A stretch of 64,000 nt of DNA. Origin: Chrysemys picta bellii. Taxonomy: Eukaryota. A program made the position numbers and the translations under genes. The DNA lies in NCBI RefSeq assembly GCF_011386835.1, contig NC_088797.1:124434001-124498000 (forward strand). The letters are read 5' to 3'. This document shows, piece by piece, positions 13,372-22,195 of the stretch; the first letter of the stretch is position 1; the number at the start of each line of letters is the position of its first letter. The notes beneath the pieces were generated by a model. The model was not told the DNA's origin, ran no database searches, and saw only the letters and a list, made by a program, of their open reading frames with translations.

Positions 13372-14289
13372 GGATGGGCTACAGGAACAGAGATCAGGTG
13401 TGGCCTTAGAGATGGCCACCTAGGGCTCCCTTTCCAAGGGGTACCCCAGTAACATTGGGACCATTAGGGTCACTCCAGAGAGGCCAGTTCAGAGCACCTC
13501 TTCCCCACCTACCTGTCCATACTCCACGGAGCTGAGCAGAAACAAAAAGACCATTTGGAGGAGCAGAAGCTGCATGGGGTGGGCTGTTGAGCTGAGTAGG
13601 GAGAAGGGAAAATGAGCACCAGATGCCACCTTCAAACAGGCTGGCATGACAATCAGGTTTGCAGGAAGGACCCATGGCAGTGCAATTTCGCCTCTGGCAT
13701 GCCTTGTATACTCCAGCCTGCAGTTCATAGGGGGGTTGCCTCTGAGCTGAGCAATACGGAATGCCTGGCCCCAGCATTTAGTTCTGCAGCCAGTAATTTC
13801 AATTTAGAGTCTAAATCCACCGTGACAATGATTTCTTCCGACAAAGGGCAACTACTGAGCACTTGTCTATACGGGGAGTTTAAACTGGGCTAAATGGAGT
13901 TAATGTGGTTTGAAAACGCTTGCATGCGCACAATGCAATTCATTGTAGTGCACCGACTACACATTTATCACAGGACTCTGTAGTCCTCTTTCAAAGCGAA
14001 CTAACTTTGCAGCGAAGCCAGTTAGTCCAGTCTATTGTTCAAGTACACGCAATGCCGCCGTGCACTACTTTGGCAGTCCTCCAACTGCTATCCCACGCTG
14101 CTTTGCTAGCAACCATTACTGACTTGTCAGCTTACCTGCATAGCCCCCCCAGCTCGGGGGTTGAGTTGACCGGACAGCTCCTCCTGTGTACGAGCTGGTG
14201 CACAACCAGATTTTGTCCATTTGCTCCTGGATTCCAGTTTATCACGATCGCTGCAGTAACACTCCAGAAACCCAACAGCACACCTCCAG

Positions 14290-14804
14290 CAGCCACTCGG
14301 AGTCGTGTCAAGAGCCTGGATCTCATCACCCTCTGGGGAGGCGAGACATGTCGTGGTCAGCCACCAGGATAAAGATCTTCTAGTGAACATTGCTAGGCAG
14401 ATGTCTGTGAGGGGCCATGACTGGGACGCCAAACAGTGCCAAAGAAAAAGCAAACAGCTCAAGAACACCTACATTAAAATGAGGAACAACAGGGACAAAA
14501 TATCCAATGAGGGACACGTAACCTGTCCAGTTTTTGAAGAGCTGGATAAGATTTTACATAACCACATGACCCTGGCCACTTTCTTCCCCATCTTCCCTCC
14601 CTCCCCCGGAGCATGACCAGCGAGACTCATAGGAGGAGGAGCCCGGGGAAGAGATCTCCCTGAAAATCCAGGATCTCTTCAGGACTCAGGACCCTGATAC
14701 CGCCCAGGTAGAAGGCGAGCCTGATTCCCGCCCTGCAGCAACCAACCCCAATTCCTAGGCAGCAACCCAGACTAGAACTGATCCTACGCAGGGAATCTCA
14801 GCAT
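14290..14804 (+). pseudogene. Harbinger Myb/SANT-like DNA-binding gene, exon 1 (frameshifted)
   Basis: LDLITLWGGE in one frame, then IARQMSVRGHDWDAKQCQRKSKQLKNTY...CPVFEELDKIL in another; donor GTAAGT at 14805. Confidence 0.75.
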
Positions 14805-15836
14805 GTAAGTCTTTTTAGAATAGTTATGTTCTAATTTATTATTATTATGCTACATTGTGTGGCTAGCTTCTGTTCCAGGTGCCCCATGGCCACAGCCACT
14901 GTAGGCAGATGTGAGCTAGAAGCCTCTCTGAGGCCAAGGTCCCTGCCTCCCTCCTTTCCCTCCATCTGCCTAGGTTGTCCATTCCCCCCACTCCCATATA
15001 CCTTTCCAAAATGGCAGCTACTCCAGCAGGGCAGTCGGCCTCCATCTCATGCTAAAGCCCTGACTGGAGTAGCCAGACCAACGCCACGGCAGGCATGTGC
15101 CCTCGTACCCATTTTCCTTTTCCCTTACCTCAGCCTGGCAAACACCCTCCCCCGCCAACCCTGTGGCGCACCTCAAAATGGCAGCCGCCAGCATGGCACA
15201 GCCTCTCTCCCACCCCAGATTGGAAGAAGGAGAACAGTCTTTTGTGAGAAATGCAGAAGTCTAGTGAGCCAGTGGCTACAAAAAAGGAAGCTTGGTTAGT
15301 GTTCTCACGTTACATGAGGTCGACACAAACACTGTGTGCCCATAAAGCTAAAAAGGGCCCAGCTCCCCCGTAAACACCCTGTGACACGCATTCTTACCGA
15401 CCGGTAACGGCGAATGTTCAGGCAACCACTGCAGAGTGCTGTCACTTTTGACAGCTCTGCAGGGGGGAGAAAGCAAATGATAAGGCTGAGAAATGGCTCC
15501 ATTTTTGTTGGGAGATTATGAGAAACAGCAACCTGATCATTCCTTCCCCCGGCGCCTGTATAGCTCACAACTCCCTTCTACTCCTGCAACACTTCGGGGG
15601 TGGGGGTGGGGGGGGGGATCATCTTGGTGAATAACTTCACAGCATCTCTCGCTGGTCTGCTCTTGGTAGTTTTGAATAAGGCCATTCTCTGCCTCCTCGT
15701 CACCTGACTCAGGGTAACATTATATAAGCACCTCCAAGGCAACAGCAAAACTGTCTTGAGCAGGAAACACAATTCCCACCCCCACCCCCCGACTAGAAAC
15801 ATAATTCCCCAACCCCCCTCCCTCTCCGCCTCCATG

Positions 15837-15973
15837 CATAGGTGCTGGAACTAGGGATACTGGGGGTGCAGGAGCACCCCCTGGTTTGAAGTGGTTTTCA
15901 TTATATTCAGGGTTTACAGTTTGGTTCAATAGCTTTCAGCACCCTCTCTATACAAATTGTTCCAGCACCTATA
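15837..15973. mobile_element. hAT-like MITE nested in the Harbinger
   Basis: TIR cataggtgctggaa / ttccagcacctata; TSD cctccatg / actccacg; inverted sister copy at 19120-19241. Confidence 0.7.
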
Positions 15974-16190
15974 ACTCCACGGCACTACAGCAAAGCCGAA
16001 CGGCATACACCGCCCAGACCAAAATCCCAAAGCACACACCGCTTACCATCCCCGAGGTTCCCCAAGCGTGGGAAGGATCTCAGAGAGGTGAAGCCAGAAA
16101 TGCATGCAAGAAAATGCTGTCGCAGCCTCTTAGAACATGAACAATAACTGCTGGTCTTTTATTTATTTTTAATGCTCCCCAACAACTGCA

Positions 16191-16620
16191 GCACCTGCAC
16201 TGGCCAGCCCCTCCAGAACAGGGCCCTTCTCAACAGCCGAGTGGCTGGCAAAGCTGAGGGGGAGAAAACGGAAACCTGCGATGAAACGTTTGCAGACCTC
16301 AGCGTCCCCAGAAAACTGAAACCCACAGGGAGGTGGAGGTTGTATCTAAAGACTGAAGGGGAATCCGACAAGGAGCTTTCTGAGGGAGACTGGTGCAGTA
16401 GCGAAGGATGGCGGGACAGTTGCCAGGGAAAGCCTTGCCATGGCCAGTATGAGAAAAAAGACAGGGAAATGCCAAGATTCCCTGTTGCAGCAGCACACGT
16501 CACTATCAGGGCAGCAGGCTCTACCAACAAACCCTCAGCCACGTTCTGCAGCCCCCGAATAACACAGGGTACCTGGAACAACAACTCCTCCCCGCTGTAT
16601 CTCTGCAGCACTGCTCCCTG
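16191..16620 (+). pseudogene. Harbinger Myb/SANT-like gene, downstream exon (degenerate)
   Basis: Acceptor ...ctgcag at 16190; TAEWLAKLRGRKRK/(T)CDETFADL resembles the recalled AERL..IR.RK.RT.D.MF motif. Confidence 0.5.
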
Positions 16621-17074
16621 AGCCATTTCCCTCCCAGACCTGAGCTCAGGGCACTTGGAACCCCTGCTCTTTTGAGCCCTCTATCGCCCCTAGTAACGTT
16701 GAGCCCAAGTCCCATGAACCAGAAGAGGCAGAGCCAAGACGTATACTGGCTCCGTGTATCGTGCCCTGCCCTGCCCTATTGTACTTTGCTGTTTTGTTTC
16801 ACTGCTGGTTTAATGAAAGGCTTCTTTATAGTTAGATTGTTTTGTACTATATAGTTTCAGAATTAAAAGCCGTTGTTTCATTTTCAAGTGAAGGTTCGTT
16901 TCTGTTTCTTTTATAAAAGCCTTTAAAATTTCATTCATAAGGAGCCAACATCTGCAACAGAAAATAATTAAGCTTGCACTAATTCATCGGGTTTTACAAC
17001 CACACCAGGCATCGCCGCGACATTGCACTTCCACGGCCCATAAACAACGCTGAACTGCACAAACAACGGGTCTG

Positions 17075-18405
17075 AGACTCAAAATCAGAGCAATCCCTGC
17101 CAAGATTGCCCCACCTGTTTGCATGTTGCATTGTACGCCTGGCCGGCTGCTCAGACCGCTGAGTGAGTCTCTGTCCATCGGCTTCCCGCCCATCGCTAAG
17201 GCTGGCTCCCTTCCTCACAAATATTGGGGCAAAATACAACATGCAGCTGCATAATCTTTGGGATTTTGGGGGGGGGCGGGGGGGAGCCTGGATGCTGCTT
17301 CCAGCAGAGTCCACAAACAGCACCACCTTCCTTTGAAACAGCCAAACCTCCATTCTGCAGCTGCAGAGGCAGTCCCTTCCTCCTGTCCAAGCAGCCTGTG
17401 AATGGCTTCGTTAAACGGGGAAGCAGAGGCTAAGCTGGGTCTCCCATGATAAACAGACCGATCCGCCTCCACACCATGAATATCCAGTGTGATCCTGGGG
17501 GCAAACAGTCCTTCCTCAATTAAGGCAACGAGAGCTCAGTTTTGAAAGATTCCTTCCAGGCCTGTAAACCCACCACGATGGTAGCCCATGCTTGGAGCAC
17601 CAGGGAGAAATACCCCGCTTCTGTTTATGAGTTCTGAGCCCTGCTGGGGGCCGGGGGGGGGGGGGAACAAATAATAGCCATAAGTCCCATCAGTTGTCCC
17701 AATACAGCTCGGGAACCCCGTGCATGCAAAGCCACAAAAACCTCCTGAGCACTAACAAGCTATATAACCTGGTGCAACCGTACCTGGCATCACATACCTG
17801 CACGACAATAGCCCCAACAGTCAAGCTCCAAATTGGTTGGCTACGGACTGGGGGGATTCTGAACGGACAACGGTGACCTGCTTGTCCACAGGTCTTGGGC
17901 GCCGCCTGTTGGTACGCTGCCGCTGTGGGGCTAACTCAGCGCATAGCTCCAAAAAGGCCACCTCCCCCCCCTCTTGCAATTCTCTCGCCACAGCTGGTCA
18001 TCCCAGGTCTGCAGAACAATTCGTTCCCTCCAGTCGACGCTGGTTTCCCAGGCCCGGAAGTGGCACCGCTGCTGTGAAGCTGCTCCAGGAACCAGTCCTC
18101 TAGCACGGCGGTTCTCCACCTTTTTTCATTGCAGACGCATAAAAAATCTCAAGTGGAAGTGTGGACCCCTTTGGGAATCTTAGACAGTCTGTGGAGTCCC
18201 AGGAGTCCACAGACCGCAGGTTGAAAACCACTGCTCTATCAGTTACTTGGTGTCTTCCTCTTCTGGGTCCTGGTTCCACTGAAGGAGCTGCTGCACCATC
18301 ACATGCATGGTGGTGAAGCAGGCAAAGTCCAGTGCCAATTCCTCAGCGCTGACATACAGCCCAAGGGGCATGTGTGTATTTGAGACTGCCAGCATAGCGG
18401 CATGA
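17075..18405 (-). pseudogene. Harbinger (HARBI1-like, DDE_Tnp_4) transposase, heavily disrupted
   Basis: Broken-frame motifs WETSVDWRERIVLQTWDDQLW, SVANQFG, GFPSCIGTTDGT, INR.GYFSLVLQA, GDPA*PLLP.LTKPF, FGCFKGRWCCL, AACCIL. Confidence 0.85.
18106..18233. mobile_element. hAT (Charlie-like) MITE inserted in the Harbinger transposase
   Basis: TIR cggcggttctccacc / ggttgaaaaccactg; TSD ctctagca / ctctatca. Confidence 0.75.
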
Positions 18406-18428
18406 AGCATGGCGGGGTCCCCGCTGAC

Positions 18429-18666
18429 CAGGGGCAGCTCCAGGCACCAGTGCTCCAAGCGCGTGCAGGGGCTGGCAAGCCGCAGGGGGGCGGTGCGGCC
18501 TGATGGTTGGTGGATTTGGTGGCATGCCTGTGGGAGGTCCGCCAGTCCCGCAGCTTCGGCGGCGGGTACACCAAAGGCGTGGGACTGGTGGACCTCCCGC
18601 AGGCATGCTGCCGAAGGCTGCCTGACTGCCGTGCTTGGGGCGGCAAAATACATAGAGCCACCCCTG
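18429..18666. mobile_element. GC-rich hAT MITE inserted near the transposase 5' end
   Basis: TIR caggggcagctc / gagccacccctg; TSD ccgctgac / ctgctgac. Confidence 0.75.
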
Positions 18667-19014
18667 CTGCTGACAGACAGCAGCATGGCCAGCCTACGCA
18701 GAAAGGAAGTATGGAAGGAGACAGATGAATCATGAGATTTTTAAAATATGTGAACTAGTCTGGCTTCACAATGCATCCCACAGTGCACAGCAAGTCAAAT
18801 CCCAGAATGCCCACTGCTCGGCAGCGAAGCCTAGGAGCGTGGCAAACCTTCTGAGAATGCTGCAAACGGAGGATGTGACAAATGGCCACCATGTGTACAC
18901 AACAATGCAAGCTGTCATCCTGTGTACACATGGTTACTGCGGCTTGCGTACTGTGAATTACCCGACATGCAACAAAAAGCTGCGGATTAACACCCCCGTG
19001 TAGACAAGCCCTTA

Positions 19015-19248
19015 GGCTATGTCTGCACTACAGACCCTACCACGGATGAAATTTATGTTCGGTCAGGGGAGTGAGCGACAAAAATTTTACCAACAGAAGT
19101 GCCAGTGTAGACATAGCCCCAGGGGTGCTGGAATTTGTATAGTGAGGGAGCTGAGAGCCATTGAACCAAACTGTAAACCCTGAATATCATGGAAACCACG
19201 TCAAGCCAGGGGGTGCTGCACCCCTAGTTCCAGCACCTATGCATAGCC
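19015..19248. mobile_element. Harbinger MITE abutting the large element; right TIR interrupted by an hAT MITE
   Basis: ggctatgtctgcact...agtgtagacatagcc; TTA at 19012-14 and 19249-51. Confidence 0.75.
19120..19241. mobile_element. hAT-like MITE (same family as 15837-15973)
   Basis: Shares aaccaaactgtaaaccctgaata in inverted orientation; TSD catagccc / catagcct. Confidence 0.75.
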
Positions 19249-19299
19249 TTAGTTTCCAAGAAGCAAGTGCACGAAACTGCTGGAGAACCAGTTCCATAG

Positions 19300-19313
19300 A
19301 CACTAGAGGGCAC
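19300..19313 (+). promoter_or_regulatory. CTCF-like motif with an upstream-module-like CAGTTCC
   Basis: ACACTAGAGGGCAC, 1 mismatch to CCASYAGRKGGCRS; motif match only. Confidence 0.5.
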
Positions 19314-19720
19314 CATATGCCAGTGGAAACCCTTGTTTGGGTAGCCAGAAATAGCAAGCAGGGAGTAGTTTTTGTCCCTTGCTAAGGCTCATGCTACAGG
19401 ACGCGGGCAAGACTTCCTTCCATTTTATCATATGCTATTTCAGGGCTAAGAAGAGCGAGAATCAGCTGAAGGATTTTGTGGGGCAGGCTGAAAGAATCTC
19501 TCATGCACTAGGTGCTATTGTAAACAACCTGATGGAGATACAAGCTGCTCTGGAAAAGCACCTCTCTTGTTTTGAATTACAAGCCAGGGGAAAGTATCTA
19601 GTCTTCCCTACTAATCTCTTTAGTTACTATTCAGACTGACTTCATGGGCCACAGGAGGCTTTAAAATAACCCTGACCAAAGCACCTCTAGATAGTGCAGT
19701 GCACTCACTAATGTGCACCA

Positions 19721-19734
19721 CTGCCCTCTACTGA
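19721..19734 (-). promoter_or_regulatory. CTCF-like motif
   Basis: Minus strand TCAGTAGAGGGCAG, 1 mismatch to consensus; motif match only. Confidence 0.5.
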
Positions 19735-21348
19735 CGGGAACAAAAAGATTGCTCAATTGTGTGTCATAAGCCCTATATTGCTAAGAGCTTGTGGAGATTC
19801 TCCTTTAAGTCTAGTGATCTGGATCTGTTTTTTCAGCAGGAAAACCTCTGCTGTAGCTGTGAAGCTCCGAGTGGCCATGGCATGGAACATAGTGACAGCC
19901 AGGAAACCCTTGTTGGCCATTCATTATTATTTTATTTTTTTTACGATCTAATTTACCTTGAGATTTCACCTAGATTCCTCTCGGTCTTAAAAACTTCACA
20001 CAAACTGGGTGTTCATTCTAGAAGGAGCCACTGTCAAGTCAATCATTTAGGCTCAAATTTCAGGCTGTGTTTTTGTTTTTGTTTTTTTTAAAAAGAGAGA
20101 TTTACAAACTCCGCTGTGAATAAGAGTTGGGGGTTATTTTTGTTTAACGTCATGAAGACAGATACATGTAAGTAAACCCCTACAGAGCTGGAACTGCACA
20201 CACAAGGAGCAGAGTAAAATGTAGACAGCAAACCCTATGACAAATAGGCAGCTTTAAAAACTGTAGCCCCGAGGTGCTACGGGCTTTGTGTTGTGCCTTT
20301 ATACAACATTAAGAATAGGAGGAAGCCACATGACACAGCTGGATTCCAAATAACCATGTCTACTAACTAGATACAAACATACAAGGCCTAGAGACATATA
20401 TGCAATGCTGCTCTGGCAGAGTGTCAGTGGGTTCTGCAATAGAAGCCAACTACATGGTTCCCAAATTATTTAAAGGGATACAACCCAATTCCTATGCACT
20501 GCAATCTGGCTACCCAATTCCCAAACAAATTGATTGAAATTAGGCATCCAAAACCTCTAAATGGCTTTGAAAAGCTCAGCCTTGATTGCCAAAATTCACA
20601 CTCTGATAATTGTGGTTTTCTTAGTAAGGTATGAAAGGAAAGTATTCGGGGAATATTTTTACCTCAGTCATGTCCCTTAAACCACATATCAAATTATCAA
20701 TAGTTTGTTTCTCTTTCTCCCTCTCTCCCGCACTTGCTCTTTTTAAACAACCCAGTTTTGGCCCAGCAGGAGCCAAGGTGATTGCAGTTAATGTAAAGCT
20801 TAATTACGGGTTTGTTGTCCCTCCCTGCCCCCTGAAGTCAGTACCAGTGAAATTCTAAGCTCAAGCCAGAAAGACTATTAACGAAGTTGTATCCAAGTTC
20901 ATGATTAGTCAGGCTGACTCTGGGGAGAAAGGAACACGTCACAGATTTATCGTTAATCTTCACACTCAGCTCTTTAATCAAGGCACCTGTCCAGAAGTTA
21001 ATAGGAACACAGCTTGACTTACAACACAAAGGAGATTAAGATAAACACTGTCTCCAGTTTTATTTTTTTCAGTTCGGCACAGTTATGATCCACCAAAAAG
21101 GAGCCTTCTCACTAGTCTCAGAGCTGTTATTACCATGCAAACTCCTGGGCAGATCCATTAAGAGACCAAAGAGCAGGCTTCCATTTGCAGAGAGAAACTC
21201 TTTGCCTTTTCCATTTACACTTCGGGATCAGGACCTGACAGCGAATCCCCTTTGTAACAAGGGGCTGTCCAGCAGGCAAAGAGATCAAAGACACAGCAGG
21301 GGGAAGTCTGGCCCTACAGTCCAGAAAGCATAGAGAGCAGCATTTGGG

Positions 21349-21362
21349 TCACCAGGTGGAGC
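21349..21362 (+). promoter_or_regulatory. CTCF-like motif
   Basis: TCACCAGGTGGAGC, 2 mismatches to consensus; motif match only. Confidence 0.35.
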
Positions 21363-21864
21363 ATTTCAAATTCTTGGATCAAGGGATCATTTTTAATTGC
21401 TTTTGGGGGAAGGCCCCAACCTCCTCTCACCCCAGACCTCAGACACCCCCTATTGCAGCAACCCTCTCACAAGCTAAAGAGCCAGTTGTCATGAAAGGGT
21501 GAGGCCTCAGTGATACCCAGTGAAGACAAAGGCAGACGGATCCCCAGTTACCAGGTTCCTTGGTCACAGCTCCCTAATCATTCTCCTAAGGCTCATGCAC
21601 ACACACCCTAACCAGCTGCAACCGCATCCTCCAGAGGATATCTTGTCCCTCCCAAGGCCTCTGAAGTTGAGACAAGCCTCAGGCTTCACAGATGAGTCAC
21701 CTGACAAGGATCTGCTCAACTCAACAAACTGCTTCAGCTGTTTCTGTGCACTTCCTGTTGATTGAAGAAGCCCAGGGCACGATCCCTCTTAACGGGGCAA
21801 TGCACAACACCCTGCAACGATTGGCTGCATTGTTAAGATAATTATAACATAAGCATTATTAACA

Positions 21865-22195
21865 AATAACAACATGAGATTCAACTTGGAAGAGTGCATC
21901 TGGGGAAAAGAATCGGATGCCCCAGACACGCAGGGGGAGGGACAAGCCTGGGAAGCAGTGATGGCCAGACGAGGGTGGGAGTGATAGGGGATAGCAAATT
22001 AGGCAGGAGTTTGCAATAGGATGTAGTAGCAGCAAGAAATGTGGGGCAGCACATGCAGAGCCATCGTGTAATGCAGCAGAGGCTACATCTGGAAGAGTGA
22101 ATTAATTGCTGGCCACCGCATCACCAGAACGATACCGACAAACTGTAGGGAGTTCAACAAAATGCAGCTACCATTATAAGGGAGCTGAGGGCACC
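21865..22195 (+). mobile_element. Old CR1 ORF2 C-terminal fragment
   Basis: Degenerate NNMRFNLEKC...LGKRN-like sequence followed by decayed RT C-terminal motifs; boundaries approximate. Confidence 0.5.

Larger units (their letters stand above)
13859..19011. mobile_element. Full-length, degenerate PIF/Harbinger transposon (Myb/SANT gene + DDE transposase)
   Basis: TIRs gcacttgtctatacggggag / acccccgtgtagacaagccc (15/20 match); flanked by tga/tta; both internal genes are recognisable and convergent. Confidence 0.85.

Noticed and set aside
14305-14616. Apparently intact Myb/SANT ORF as a domesticated gene
   Set aside because: The first helix (LDLITLWGGE) is in a different frame, so the domain is frameshifted; the partner transposase is also dead.
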